DNA from: the human T2T-CHM13v2.0 reference genome, Homo sapiens
Length of the DNA stretch: 64,000 nucleotides
NCBI RefSeq assembly: GCF_009914755.1
Contig: NC_060942.1
Strand: one strand, 5' to 3'
The translations under genes and the position numbers were made by a program. The notes beneath the pieces were generated by a model that had not been told where the DNA came from, made no database searches, and was given only the letters and a program-made list of their open reading frames with translations. Shown here in pieces: positions 1 through 14,419 of the stretch (the stretch's first letter is position 1; each line of letters opens with the position of its first letter).

Positions 1-3000
1 TTTTGCCATGGATACATGTGGCCTTTATCCATGAGAAACAGGAAGCTTGGGGTTGGCTTAATCGGCAGGAATCAGTTTCACTCACCACACTGCTGTGCCT
101 TTTAACCTCTGTTGCCATCTGCCTCTGGATCCCTTAGATCCAGTTTTCTTTCTAGGGCTTTAACCTGAAGCTTGAAATTGAGTCTGAGATGAAAACGTGT
201 CTTGGGGGGATTGCATGGACTCCTCATTATAAGCCGAGTGCTACAGTAAAACTGTGGAACTCTCTCCAACAAGGGAGAGAAAAGGATGTCTTGCAACACA
301 TCCAGATAACTGGCAGCTATAATTATGCCTGCTAGGATTTGGATGCATGGTGCTTGACTTTGGTTATTTCCCTTTGTCTGACTTTCCCAAAAAGGAAACC
401 TCCAGGTGATGGGTACCCTGTTTATTCTCTATTCCATCTTCTGGCAGGATTTGCAGGATAATTGCACAGAACTAGAATATTGATCCAGATTTCTACATTA
501 CCCATCCCTCTTGTTCTTTCTGAGCTGAAACCAGAGATTGCTGGATGGTTCACAGAAACAAGCAGGTTTAGTCTAAAATGTAGTCAAAAACTGAAGAAAA
601 ACTCATGAGTTTAGAATTTAATTACAAACATATGATCAGTTTTGAAAGAAGATTTCTGTTTCCAGTCTTCATGTTTGTTAAAAAAATCATCATAGGACTG
701 AGTGGTTTGCAAAATAGACTTTAGTTTCATGCTTTGGCCTGATTATTTGCATAAAGTGCAGCAAAGATAATTATTTCTGCATAGGCCTTTTGGATTGTCT
801 TTGATGGAAGTCTGTTCCATAAGGAGTCTCAGATGAGACCTTTTAAAGCTGAGCCCAGCCATGGTTTGGTATCCTCAAATACCTGAGTTGAGTGATCCTC
901 TCCTCTTAAGGCCCAAGATAAACTTGGAGCTCCTAGACCTGTTAGAAAATGACGTTCTTTACTGGCCACAGGTCAGGAACCCTGTAGAGGGACCGCATAG
1001 ATGTGAGTATGAGGCCAGTTTCTCCACCGGGCTTTTATTGCCTCTGCAAGTCAAGATTGACTCCTTAAAGGGAGGCATACCCTTCCAGTCAAAGCCTTGG
1101 TAAAATAACCACTTTCTCCAATTGTGTCCTGTTGCAAAAGAAAAACATGGATTCTTACTGCACTGATGCAAACAACTACATTGCCATAAGTTAAGAATAC
1201 TCACATATTTTCCAAATTCTAGAGGAACCAAGCAGAGAGATATAAACACACCCCAAATCTTGTTCATAGGAGTCTACCTTAATTAATTATTAAAGGCCAT
1301 AAATAGCTCAAAGTAAGCTTCCTTGACTCTGAAAAACAAAACAAGGACCAGCAATATTCCAAGCAAAAGTCAAAAAGGCTTCAACTTTCTGAGTTCAGTC
1401 CATTCAGTTAACTCTGGTTTTGTTTGATATTCATGAAAATTTCAACTCTTCATGAGTCTTGTACATTTTCCTTTATTCCAATATCACAAACTCCAAAGTT
1501 ATCAGAAACCAGATTGTCTCAAATACAATCAGAAATTGTATCTGAGAGCACCTGTCAGAGTCTTATAGTCTATTATAAACTATCTTTTGAAAAGGATCAA
1601 AACAAGACAATTGTCTGTGAAAGCAAAATATCCAGGGTGGTTACAGTTAGAAATACGATTGACAAAGAAGTTTGTTTATCTCTGTGGTTTACAATAACAA
1701 CATAAAAGTCTTAATTATGATTGACAGCATGTACTCAGATATTAGAATTTTAGAAGTCCCATACAATTTTGGAACATACATAAGCATTATTCACCAAGAT
1801 ATAACCTAAAGAAGACTGAGCATCATTTTGGCAATCCCATGTACATAAAAATGTCAAATAATTCTGTTTACCTCTCTTTTCTGGACATTTCAGGGGCCCT
1901 CTGAAATATTCAAAAAGCCAGGTGTCAGGAAAGACAATTTTGAAGCTAAAGTTTTCTTTTGGGAAGGCTGTTAAATATTTGAGGTTTAAAACACTTGATA
2001 CTGTGCAATAGAATTCCAGATTACCATTAGTTATTTATTTTGCTAAAATGATGACTCAGAAATTTTAAAGGAGCAAAACCGTTTATAAATTTTGCCTAAG
2101 AGCAGATTAGCATTTTAAGAATACCTTGTTGTGCTTTTATTTTAATGCTAAATTTACAGAAAAAAAATGTATAATACCCTTTTCTGAATTTAGTCAGTAT
2201 GTTCACACAGAGAACCTCTTCTGCAAGATTAATTTCTACAATTCTTCCCCCACTTGTTTGAATCTTCAGCTTTTTCCTAGTTTAAAACAATTCTTTAACC
2301 TTAGGCAAAAGTTTACATTTTCATGCCTTCTTATAACCTTTTACTAAAAATCATATTTTACTGTTCTTACACACCTTGCATGTAAATCTATTTTAAGTAG
2401 TTTCAATTACACATTATGATGGTAACTCCTAGCAATTTTTAAATTTAAGGTAAAACTTGATAAGTTGCTTTAATTGTGTGCTAATTGCAGCCAAGGCTTG
2501 CCTTCTTAATTAAGGATGTGGTTAGTTCCATATGTACCCAGGCATTACCAGTTGTGAAGCAGGCAAGTCAGACAGTTCTCAAAACCCAAAAAGCAGTTTG
2601 TAACCTCAAAACACTTAGCAAACCTTGCATCTGACCTGCATTTTACCAATAGTCTTTAAGGCTGTTTTTATTTAATCATGTGATTAAAGTCATGTGAACT
2701 AAAAGGTACCACAGCTTGTATCTTCCCTTTAAAAAATATTACATCCAAGCACTTGTCTTTCTTTAGGCCAAATTAATTAGAGCTCTTTTTACAGACATCA
2801 CACACAGTGCATACACAGACAGGCAGAATAAAACCCAGTCACTGGGTGGGGTTATATAAGAGACAGGGCTAGGAGAACCTGCAGATATCTAACCTAAGAG
2901 GGCTCATCCCCTAAGGCAGTATTGCTAACCGAAGCCCTGCCAAGCAGTTACCAGCCATGCCCCCAGGATGTCCAACAAGATGGAGGCTTGATTTCACAAC

Positions 3001-3541
3001 CAAAACTTTGCAGGGAATATAGTGATAGTTTGTGTATAGTCGGGGAGACCTAGCCTAATAAAAGATCTTCTAAATGAAAAAACATTAAACGTTAACTTGC
3101 TGATGGGGTACAGAAGGGGAAAGAAAATAAACAGTTTAAAAATGCCTGGAGAAGAACCTCTTATTTTTATGCAAGTGGTTCCTCCACCAGGGAGACAAGT
3201 TTAAGCTTAATTACTATCCCATAGAGTTAAACCCCTTGGCCAGGTAAGAGGAAGGCTGTGTCAGCAGCATGTGGCTGGGAACCATCCAGCCAGCTATGCA
3301 GGACCCTTGGGCCATGCATCCCAGCCGCTGCACAGAGGGGAGGGGTAGCAAGGAGTCCCTGCTTGCCTGTCCTTCTTAAAAAAGGAAGGAAAGTGCCTTT
3401 CCTCCAACCCCAACAGGGTTTGGGGCATGTTTCCTCCATGCTCAGATGTCCAAAGATGAAAATGCTTAGGAGCAACAGTGGAGAGGTTTTGAGTCCCCAT
3501 TTCACTCACTGCTATTAGGGCCCCATGTTGGACGCCAAACA
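1..3541 (-). mobile_element. ERV1 (MER4-group, MER61-int-like) internal region, non-coding and decayed; continues off the left edge
   Basis: Contiguous with a PBS and an LTR at its right end; resembles MER4-group internal sequence; no long retroviral ORF. Confidence 0.75.
3520..3537 (-). promoter_or_regulatory. Retroviral primer-binding site, tRNA-Lys(1,2) type
   Basis: Minus strand TGGCGTCCAACATGGGGC, 4 nt after the LTR end; 16/18 match to TGGCGCCCAACGTGGGGC. Confidence 0.8.
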
Positions 3542-3880
3542 TGTTGCAGGACTCTTCCCTAGTTCAGCTGAAGATGGGGTCCTTGTCCATCCAACGGCCA
3601 TGAAAATTGAGGCTCACAGATGGTTTGAACATTGAGTAAAGCAGGGTTTTATTGGGTGAAAAGGAAGAAAAGGAGAAAACAGGGACTATTGCTAGGCCAG
3701 AGGCCCTACTAGAATACTTCCTGACCACATCTTGAATCTCAGGTTCCACACAGGAAAAGGAGGGGCCAGCTCAGGCTTCTCCCTGCTGCAAACGTCTTGA
3801 ACCTCCCGAGGAGGCTCCATCTCAGTGGGCAGGCAGGTTGGAGTTTTCTCCAGAGGCTCCCCGCCCACCTGGCTGTCTCA
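3542..3880 (-). mobile_element. MER61-family LTR (5' LTR of the provirus)
   Basis: Minus strand begins TGAGACAGCCAGGTGGG, ends ...TCCTGCAACA, contains AATAAA; ~340 bp with TG...CA termini. Confidence 0.8.
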
Positions 3881-3924
3881 GTAGAATAACTGGATTTTTA
3901 ATTAAAAACAAAATATAGCAGTAA

Positions 3925-4105
3925 TTATAATAGCTTATATTTATTAAATGATTACAATGTGGCAAGTCTTATTTTGAGCACTAAACATCCACATGAGGCT
4001 AGTGCTATTATGATTTTTATTTTTTAAATAAAGATACTAAAGGGGAAAAGAGTTGTTCTAGATGACATACAGTAAGTAATGAGGCAAATATTTGAAACTA
4101 GATCT
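3925..4105 (-). mobile_element. MIR fragment (degenerate)
   Basis: Weak match to the reverse complement of the MIR core and tail. Confidence 0.5.
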
Positions 4106-5119
4106 CTTGTAGAGAGCAGATGAATATGTATGCAAGATTGAAGGCAGGAAGACACTTATAAAACTGTAGAAATTATTCAGACAAGAAACAATCAAACCAA
4201 ATAATAATAATAATGAAGAAAAAAATTCTAAAGCTTAAACCTGTTGAATAGATGCTTAATTGCTTATGTAAAGAGAAGAAAAAGAGTATAAATTATATTT
4301 CACAGGGTCCCTAACAGAATAATGTGTCAGATTTAACAGCCATTTTAAAATTTTGTCAGTTGCACAATTGGTATTTTCAATTTGAATGAAAATATTCAAA
4401 ATTATCAGATTATGTAAATTTATTGATATCATTAACAATTTAGGAGTTTTTTTTAAATTTTTGGGTCTGTTGAACTTATTACAGATTTCTCCATTAGAAA
4501 CTGCAAACATTATTTAATTTGAAAATATTGCCTGATAGAGTTTGAAAGTGAAAAATGAAAGGAAAAAAATAGAAAAGACAGTTAAATTTGGATTTAGCTC
4601 AGTCATTAAATTAATAAAGCTGGGCTACATGGTACTGGACGTTTGTGATAGCTGCCTTATTAGATCTGTGTCATTTGAGTATTATAAAAGCTAATTAAAA
4701 TAGCTATTGTAGCTTATTATCTCTATCACCATTTTACCAATTTTGTAGGACAATCCTATTTTTGTCTTCAGCATTAAATGCTTAGCTAGCTCTTGCCTTC
4801 CTCTAAGGTAATCTAGGATATTTTTGGTTGTAATAAGATTTAAATGTGTTGTTAATGAATAATTTAAGACGTTTTAACTTTCACTAGAGTGTTTCTTTTT
4901 TTCTACTCCTTTTCCTCCATATGGTGGCATGCAAACTGATTTACCCAAAGATTGCCTAAATATTTATCATATGACCTGAAAAGGGCCATTCTTTCTAGTT
5001 TTTTCCAGTTGAGAAAATTACTTGCTTTTTATACTCACATACCATTAAAAAATCATGTACTCCAAATAGGTACTATTTTAAATTTAGATACTACCTGAAG
5101 GCTAACAGTGTATACACTC

Positions 5120-6720
5120 TTTCTTCTTTCTTTCTAGAACTCCAGTGGTAAAAATGTTGAATAATTTGTTATTGGTCATTGGGTTATGGTCTCTGTTTGT
5201 TTTCGGTCACTTTTTTCTCTGTCGTGATTGTTAAATTATATTGCACTCTCTTAAACTTTACTGATTCTATTTTCTATTATCCTCACTCTACTAATGAGCT
5301 CATCCAGCAATAATTTTTAATATATTTTCCAGTTCTATGATTTCAATTCGTTATTTTATATAAAATTTTATACTGAGATTTTCCTTTATTTAAAAATAAT
5401 TTGTCATCTTTTTCTATTATTGTATATATAATGGCTATTTTAAAATCTCTGTCAGAGAATTCCAACATCTGATTCACTTCAGTTTTTTTGTCAGCAGATT
5501 GTCTTTTCTCATTGAAGTTGTAAATTTCTGTTTTTAGTATAATCGGCATTGTATTCTAGACATTTGTTTCTATTTGTTAGAAAACTCATGATCCTATTTA
5601 AATCTTGTATTTTAGCAAGTAATAGCCTCATTTAGGTTTAGCACAAGAGTCCTGGTTTACTTTTCTGGACTCCTTTAGTTCTAATATTTGTTTAATTTTC
5701 AGAATCTTTGTGGTGTTATGTTGTTCGGCTTGTTTTATTTGGTTCCACTAAGCCTCTCATGATTCCATACTGGTGTTGCTCAAGGGCACACAAGTCATTT
5801 ATCCAGGATGGGCTACCTGTTGCCTCCAAGTGGGGGAAGGGAATTTCTGGCCCATGGGGAAGAAGAGTGCTTCATGAGTTGGATCAGTTGTTATGATTGG
5901 ATCCCATTGTCAGTGCTATTTGATGTTCCTTCCTTACAGTGTCACAAAAGAAGATATTTGAGACTTATTTTAAACCTACTGTGACCAGTCCTAAAACCAA
6001 TAATCTCTCCAAAAGTTTCTTGTTCTTTTCAAGGGAGAATGTTATTAGACATCAATATCTGAGCAACAGCTGTGTTCATTGCTATTCAGGTTTATTTGCT
6101 CTTGAAACTTTCAACAGATGGAATTGGAAAGTAAATAATTTTATATACGTGGTTACATATACACATTCATAATGCAGATTCATACCTATATGACACAAAT
6201 GCATGCATACAAATGTGACAATAAGGTTATATATGTGTGTGTATACACACACATATGAATAGATAGATATATAGATAGATCTACAACTATAGAGAGATCC
6301 TAGACAGGTTATTAATTGTCTCTGTTTCTGTCTCTGTTTCTCTGTCTGTCTCTCCATGTATATTATATATATAATTGTATATACTATAGGCATATCAGAA
6401 ATAATGAATTTACATGAATAACTTCATTCATAATCACAACAGAAAATTCAGTGTTCTTTCTTGCCTTCTACTCCATATTTGTGTTTCTCTTCTTCTATAG
6501 TGCAAACTCCTAACAACCTCAGTACATTTGCTCATTTTCTCCGTTAATTAATACACTTACTACAGTTTCAGAATTGCCTGAACCATACTAATACAAATAA
6601 ATAAGCATAATAAAAAGAAAGTTCATGTTTCTTTGCAGGTCTCTCCCATTCCGCCAAATCTTAGGAGTTAGAGTATACACTTAAATACTATGTTCTGTTT
6701 TACTTTGCACTTCTTTCAGT
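5120..6720 (-). mobile_element. Old L1M fragments
   Basis: T-rich antisense L1-like sequence; ORF 5343..5549 resembles a decayed ORF1 start (LEFSDRDFKIAII); boundaries approximate. Confidence 0.5.
6225..6385. repeat. Mixed (TA)/(CA)/(GATA)/(TCTG) low-complexity repeats
   Basis: Seen directly. Confidence 0.7.
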
Positions 6721-7503
6721 GGGAATGAAAGTAGACCTTGTCTTATAATATAACAAAAATAACTTCCTCTGTCATTCCTTTTTTAAATCTTATCAGAACA
6801 ATTTCTCTCACTTCGTTCATCTTTTTAAAAGGATCCACAGTTTCAAGTCTTTAATTATTTCAGTATTTTGTTTGAATTCGTTATCTTTTTCATGTAGTGG
6901 TGAACCAGTATATATATCACTTGCAGAAAAAATAAAAGCATGACACTTAATTTTCTATTCAGCATAAAGTCACATAATTGCATTTATTCAAAGGGACAAT
7001 TGGAGAGTTAATTTAAGTGTTTTTGCTCATAAATTTATATTACAGCTTACAGGACTTCCGACTTTCAAATTACCATGACAATCTTCTAATCTTTCACCAT
7101 GTTGACCTACCTTCCTTCTGTCCTCCTCTGTTCTTAAAATTGAATTGATTTCAAGTTCAATTGGAGCAGTGATTCTATTTTTTCGTTTGGATGTAGTGTG
7201 GTTAGAAGAGAAAAATAAAAGCCCTTCAGATGGACACAGTCACAGAATCTGGGAAAGTGCACTTAGGACTCTGATGTGTGATGAGGAAATAGCATGGAGG
7301 AAAGAACCAATCTTGCTAAGTACTATAAGCATAATTTTTACTTTCTTCTCACACCTCCTTCCAGTTTTGCCACTACACCTTGATTACTGAATTAAAAATT
7401 GTGGACGAAAAGCAAGTTAATGTTGATCTGATTCATGCAGTTTGCAGAGAAGCTTTGGAAGCATGCAGTGAGCTATGAGTGTGAGATATGAAAGGTTTTC
7501 AAT

Positions 7504-7683
7504 CAGGGCTGATTCATAGGCATTTGACTGATCCCTGGCATTCCACAAGACCCTGTGCTATGATGTACCCTGCACTTGATTTAACATTATGCTGTAGTCA
7601 TACTAAAATTTTTAATCATTTTTGAACAAAGAGACCCACATTCTCAATTTGCTCTAGGCCAAAAAATTATATAGCAGGTCTTG
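7504..7683 (+). mobile_element. MER91-like hAT DNA-transposon fossil
   Basis: CAGGGCTG...CAGGTCTTG termini, 180 bp, degenerate 8-bp TSD TTTTCAAT/CTTTCAGT. Confidence 0.7.
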
Positions 7684-7799
7684 CTTTCAGTGATACCATA
7701 TTTTGGTGAATATTAAAATATAATTTCTGCATGTGATCTATTATGGGTGTTTATGGATTACAATCTAACAAAGAATCATATTTATAAAATTAATTATAT

Positions 7800-7907
7800 T
7801 TGCAAATTATCTTTTGCCATGTAATATAACATTCACAGTTTATAGTATTAAAACTTAGAATTATTTTCATGGGATGTAGAAAGAAAGAAATTAATCTGTC
7901 TACCACA
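7800..7907 (-). mobile_element. MLT1-like LTR fragment
   Basis: gccatgtaatataacattcacag...ctgtctaccaca resembles the reverse complement of an MLT1 5' end. Confidence 0.45.
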
Positions 7908-8889
7908 GCTAGTCCAATTTTTTTCTGATGTTTTATCAATACTAAAATTTCCAATTACTTGAAATTTATAGTTTCTACTTCTACACAGAATTTTCCTGTC
8001 CTTGTATTTATCATGATCACACTTTACATTATAGCACTGATGATAATTAGGATTGCTACTTTAAAATTGCTTTCTGTTAAGAATTCTTATGATCAGTTTC
8101 TGTTACTTGAATTTCCTTTTGTGGATGGTCCTACATATAACTGGAAATTATAATTGTATCTTCAACATTGTAATGGAAATGTTGTGAAAATATTAAATTC
8201 TGCTTTAATCTTTCAATATTACTAGATTGTTTTTGTTTAGCAGGCAATCTTCTTGGTTGAACTTAAATTATATTGGTCTGTAGCTTATATTTTTGTTCAA
8301 TTTTTGTAGCTCTGATTCACGTGCTGGCTGTTTACTAGAAGAATACATGTTTCAGGATTTAGTAAGACAGCCAAATATGCAATATTTCTCTATCAGTTTA
8401 TACAGAGATTTGGTGTTCTCTTTGTCTCTTGACTATTATTATGTAAATAACAATAATACATAAGTAATATTATTGCATAAATTACAACATTAAATAAGTA
8501 ACATCTATTATTTTTGTCCCTTTATTAATGGCTGTGATAACCACAACTTTCATTCAATTCTTTTTTTGGACCTGAAAGATTGCAGATTTTGAACCAAAGT
8601 TTTCAGTCACAGCAAAGAGCAATGGCTGTGATCTATCCTCTGACTAAAAGATAAAATAGGAATCTCTGCCAATGCAGAATTTGTCTGATTTCTTCTGCTC
8701 TGCATTCAGGTAGATTTTTTTTTTCCATGTCATTTAGATTTTATAATTGCTACGTATGTGAATGTCTCTCATTTTTTTTTCTTTTTGTAAGAGTATTCTC
8801 TGGCAGGCCAGTAAAAGAACTCCCATATGGTTAGGTTTCTTGTATTAATTGTATTCATGTATGATTTAGGTAAATTAATCTACATTCAT

Positions 8890-10270
8890 TTTAAGTGTCT
8901 GATTCAATGCCATATGAAAGATCTACATACCCATAAGCCACTGCTGGAAACTAAATATTATACAAAAGATTTCCATCAACTGCAAAGGATTTCCCATGTC
9001 TCATTGGATTGCATTCTTATTCCCATACCTGGCATAAGGCAAACACAGATTTTCCTGATATAACTAGGATTTAGTTTGCACTTACTAGAACTTTCTTTTT
9101 CTAGTATTTGTGTATTCACTTTTCTATTATTTTGAGTCTATCTTCTTGCATGTATTAAAATGATTTTTATCCATTCATGTTGTTTCTTGTATTAGGATTA
9201 TTATTGCTTAGTAATATTATTCCATTGTCAACTGTGTGTCATTTGTGTATCCGTTCATCTGTCAGTGCTTATTTGAGTTGTGTTCAGTTGTACACTATTA
9301 TGAATAAAGTTATTATGAGCATGTGTATAGAATACTTTATTGGACATATGTTTTATTTCTCTTAATATGTCTATAAATGGAGTACAGAAATTAAAACATA
9401 GGTATATGCAGGTTTTTTTAAGAACTTGAAACTTTTTCAAAATCATTGCACCATCTTGTTTTCCCATCTGCAGTGTATGAGAACTCTAGTCCAACATGTC
9501 CTTAGAGTTTGATATGATCAGAAGTTTTAATCTTAGTCACTGTAGTGGTTATGTAGTGGTATCTCATTGAGATTTTAATTTGCATTTCAATAGTGACTAA
9601 CAATATTGAAAATGTTTATGTGTTCATTGGCTATTTGTTGGTCTTCTGTTCAAATATTTTGTTCATTTTTAATTGGGTAGGTTATCTTCTTTTATTCATT
9701 TTTTTTTCTTTTTATCTTCAGCCAACTCACACCAGGTTATCTTTTTATTAGTGAATTGAGAAGCTTATTGTTCTAATACTATATATGATCTCAAAATGGT
9801 ACACATACGATCTTTCCCCATTCTGTAGTTTGAGTTTCACCTTCCAAATGATCTATTTCAAAGAGCAATATTTTTTTAAAGTTTCTATAAAGTTTAATGT
9901 TGCACTTTTTTTTTTCTTTAAGGTTTGTGCTTTTCTGTGAGCTACATAAGAAATCTTTGTCTGCTCCAAGTTTGTGAATGTTTTCTTCTAGGTGTTTTGT
10001 AGTTTAAGCTCAGGTTAATTTTTATGATGATAGCTGAGTTGTTTAAAATCTAGTGGGATATACACTTGTTATATCACTATTTATTTTTAAAATATTTCAT
10101 TTTCCTTTTATTTGTCCTGGTAGCTTTGGTGAAATTTTATTACTCTTATATATGCAGGTCTATTTCTGGAGTCTGTATTCTGTTCCAAGGAATTGTAGGT
10201 CTATTATTATACCAACGCTGTCGTGATAATTGCACCTATATAGTAATTCTTGGAATCAATATTCTAACTT
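8890..10270 (-). mobile_element. Old L1M (MB/MC/ME-type) 3' region
   Basis: Antisense L1 motifs such as gtggtatctcattgagattttaatttgcatttc. Confidence 0.75.
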
Positions 10271-11179
10271 TTTATATTTATACTTTTAAAAAGTATGTTT
10301 CTGTCATAATTTGTAAACATTTATATGAATAATATAATAGGAACAATATTCATATTTGGAGCAAACATGATTTCTTATCATGTTTGTGTACTACTATGTT
10401 TTAAGTTTTCTTTCATCAAATATTGTGCTTAATTAGACAGCTGAGCAGTGATGGCCTTGGGGAGGGGAGTGGCTCTTTCAGAGAAGTAGGAAGAATATTC
10501 ATTTTTCTCAATAAAGATGGTAAGAATTGTGCTTTTGTGGAGGAGAGTGGATGCAGACAGTTTTAAAACAAGCTCTCTGTTCTTAATTATATTACAATTT
10601 TAAAAATGATCATCTTAAAAGCAAAATATTGTTCTATTTTCCAACCAAATATTGTCTATTATACATCGCGTCTATTGTATTATGATTGTCTGATATGTGA
10701 TTACTAAAAGTAGACATTTCTTGCAGACAGACAAAGTTCCATCTATTTTGGCAGAGTGTTTGTGTCATGCTTCTGTGACAAATCAAGGTTGTGTTTACAG
10801 ACTTTCAATGTGCTTATCAGTGCTGTTGATTCCTGAGTCGCTCTTCACTCACCTTTGCCTTCTAGCCCCCTATTTAATTGAGATAAACATAGAATCCCTT
10901 GAGTGTTTGATTGCAGCAATTAGAATGGGAAGTTTAATGTAAATAAAGAAAAGATAATAACTATAAGTATGAAAATGTTCCCTAGAGACTCTTTTAGCGT
11001 TTTTGTAATGCTGAGGGATATAATTAATCAGTGCATACTTCCAGTAGAAGGAGGAGAGAGGTTAGAAAGAGGGAATCTCATAAACTTACTTGATATATCC
11101 GTCAGCGTTCCATCTTCTCTTATCTATTTCTCTTGCTCAATATTCTTCAGGCACAGATGTATTTTATTTGTCCTTTAAC

Positions 11180-11552
11180 CATGCAAAGTTCATACTTTCA
11201 GCCAAGGAATATGTATATCAGATATTTTGTCGAGATCCTTATATTTCATTGAAGTCTCAACTAAAATGATAACTATAACTGCTTGCAGAGAGAGGCCTTT
11301 TAAAATAACTCAGTATAACATAATTCCAAATATTTTTATATCATTTGACTAACTTTTTATTTGAATATATCTCAAAATTATAAAATAACATGAATTAAAT
11401 CACAATTTCTGACACTATTACTATTCTTTCCTAAAACAATGAAAATTCAATGAAGGCATGGATACTGTCCATCTTGAGGATAGCTTTTATGTAACCCCTA
11501 GAAGAATGCCTAGAATATAAATATCCACTTAATAAATATTGGTTAAATTGGA
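11180..11552 (+). mobile_element. L2 3'-end fragment
   Basis: ...gaatgcctagaatataa...ttaataaatattggttaaat tail. Confidence 0.55.
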
Positions 11553-11571
11553 AATATGATACTTAAAAATG

Positions 11572-11700
11572 ATGTGACTTTGTGCAGGTAACTTTACCTT
11601 TCTGTAATATCAGTGTTTCTCATATAAATGGGGATAATTATAATAGTTGACATATATACATAAAATGCTTTGAGATGAAAATAGGAAAAATATGCTTGAT
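11572..11700 (+). mobile_element. MIR fragment
   Basis: tgtgactttgtgcaggtaacttt...tcagtgtttctcatataaatggggataat. Confidence 0.55.
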
Positions 11701-12549
11701 TTGTTGTAAATAAATATAATTTGCATGCTATTTATACTATTTGAAATTTATGCTTTCACTACAAATTCAGAAACTGTATGTGAAAATGGATACAGTCTAA
11801 AATTGAGTAACTATGTGTTGTAGTCCTTACAAAGAACCACAAAGGTTGTAGAAATCAACATCTAACTAAAAGATTCAAATACAAGAGGATTCAACTATGT
11901 ATGTAATTTATTCATTGAAATGAAGTTATTTTCTCCAAACACCTTCTCATGTCAACATATCTTCCCCCATGAGTAGTAAATATATTTGCAGCAGATCTCA
12001 TAGTTTTTTGTTTGCTGCTAGTTACTTAAAAATCCCAGTTCACTTTTGGATGGTGACGTGACTGATTCTGTCTGATGATGATGGCTTTTGTCAATGTGGT
12101 GGTCTCTGGTATATGGTTTATGTGTTTTAAGATGATGGGCATTTTAGACATGAATAGCCTATATGATGAATTTATAGATGAAATGAACTTGATGGACAAC
12201 AGTTGTTCTTCAGAAATGAGAATATAGAGAAAAAAGAATGTACATTTTTAGAGAACTAGTAATGGGTTCTTACATGTGTAAAACTCTATTACTAGTATGT
12301 ATGTGAAAGCATAAAGATTTGTGCTTGATCACTTTTTTAAGAAAATATTTACCTTGATGTCATTACCTTGGACTGACACTAGAGGTCAGTTTAATGGGGG
12401 CTTGATAAGAGCAAAACCGCAAATCAAAGTGAATTTTACATTTGGTTATATTCAGTTTTACCAATACTGTACATTAAAAAAGTAAGAATGTCCTGGACAC
12501 TTCAGAAAAGTATACTTTCAGATAACTATTACTGGAAAAAGAAACAGGG

Positions 12550-12590
12550 ATACAATTTGAGTATCCCTTATCCGAAATTTGTGGGACCAG
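12550..12590. mobile_element. Tigger4/MER46-like terminal inverted repeat remnant
   Basis: tacaatttgagtatcccttatccgaaatttgtgggaccag. Confidence 0.5.
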
Positions 12591-12959
12591 TGAATTTCTG
12601 ACTCTTTGAACCATTTATCAGAAGTTCACTAAATTCTTCAGTTTCACTTTTTTATTGCTTATTTCAAGTAAAATTCAAGTTAATAATTTTAAATTAAGCA
12701 TAATATGTAAAATGTTACCATCTTAAATAATTTGTCTGTATCTAGTCTTTCTTTTACTCTGTTTTTTTTATGTATGACATGAGTGAAATGAGAAATATCT
12801 GAAATAATGTTTGCTATGTATTTAAACTATTTCTAACTGAAGGGACTTGGGGCAGGTTTCTTTTTCTTACTTGTACTGTTTGAATTTTTAATAATAAATG
12901 TAGATCATAGTTATGATAAAAGTCATGAAAATCAATGATATTAAATAAAAATTTTGAAA

Positions 12960-13300
12960 AACTCTGCAGTCATAAATGTTGAGAGTTGCTAGAACTAGAA
13001 GCTATAAATAGTAATGCTGACATAAATTAAAATATTGTTATCTTTGACTCAGAATCCCACTTGTAGGAATGTAGCCTGCAGAATTTGAGAGGAGTACATT
13101 TTAAAAATTCAAAAATACATTCACAACCCCATGGTTTGCAAAAGCAAAATATTGGAAAAAATTCCTTCATGTCATTCAACTGGAGAACAAATGTATTAAA
13201 TATGATAATTTCCTACTCTGGGATACTCTGCAGTCATTAAAAATAATGAAGTAGATCTATGTGTACTGATTTGGAAGACTATGATAGATTAAGGAAAGAA
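12960..13300 (+). mobile_element. L1ME-type fragment
   Basis: tttgactcagaatcccacttgtaggaat...aaaaataatgaagtagatctatgtgtactga. Confidence 0.55.
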
Positions 13301-13900
13301 AAAAATAGAAGAGGATGAATTTATTAAATATTTCAAGTGTGCTAGAAATTGTTCTACCACTTTACATGTATAAATGTGGGTACTTCTTACTGCATTCTGA
13401 TTAGTTTGATGATTTTTAACCACCATTTGCAGATGAGCATAGTGAGTCATGGAGGGCTTAACTTATTGCTTGGCCGAGATGCTATGAGCTTTCAGACTCC
13501 ATTGCTGTTCTTTGTACACTTTGATATATCACCTTTTACATTAGGGCTGGTGAATACAGCATAATTCCATTTTTGTACAAGAAAGAAATTGGGGGGCATG
13601 TTTAGAAAGACATAGAGACAGAGAAAGATAAATCAAGAGCCAGGTCCATTACATCTACAAGAGAATCATTCAGTATTTGCCTCCAGTTGTCCAGATAATT
13701 ATCTTAACACGAGGAGAATTTTACTTCTTTCTATAGGATAATTTTTAGTTAGTTTATTTTTACTTTTCTTCAATTTCCAAATGAGAATAAATCATTAAAT
13801 AAGGATTAAAAATATCTTCTCAGGGGTATTACTATCTACCTGAAGTGAAAATTATTAGGTTAGTAGTATAGCAGCTTCTGGCTGATTGATAGATGATGGC

Positions 13901-13901
<1 letters not shown>

Positions 13902-13931
<30 letters not shown>
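13902..13931. repeat. (GT)15 microsatellite
   Basis: Perfect dinucleotide run. Confidence 0.95.
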
Positions 13932-13932
<1 letters not shown>

Positions 13933-14419
13933 ACAGTTGGCAAGTAATGCCTTGCTTAATCCTTCAACTATGTTGAGTAAGAAACAATGTGTATTTTCTT
14001 TAGATTTAATTTGTAGTGTCTCAGTCTTAGCTCTGAGCATTTTCTGTCTCATTTAGATAAGGCCTTAGTGCATAATAGTGAACTACCTCTACCTTCACTC
14101 AGTATCAAATGAACTTCAGAGGAAAGAGTTTTAATGTATTTACCTTCCTGACAACAATACTTAATTTTTTCTAAAACACTTCTAGGAATTTTGAAAATAT
14201 TTTATTGGGATAAGTTTCCCACATTCTACAAAGGCATTTAAAGCTATGGCTCATAATCCATCCCAAACCACTCAAAAAGTCAAAACTTTTTCAGAAGAAC
14301 ATTGTGCTCATTTATATGACATTGCAAGTTTTCAAAATACAGGTTGTTCTAATCATATAAACTTTCGTTTGAGTCCCTAATTAAAAATCTCTGTAAAGAA
14401 AAGGCTAATTCAGTGTCGA

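Noticed and set aside
3542-3880. p53 response element known from some MER61 subfamilies
   Set aside because: No paired RRRCWWGYYY half-sites visible in this copy
12070-12230. RTGATGA motifs suggesting a C/D snoRNA
   Set aside because: No properly spaced CTGA D box or terminal stem found
12352-12466. Possible minus-strand exon with one open frame
   Set aside because: Moderate splice signals, unrecognised peptide and no partner exons
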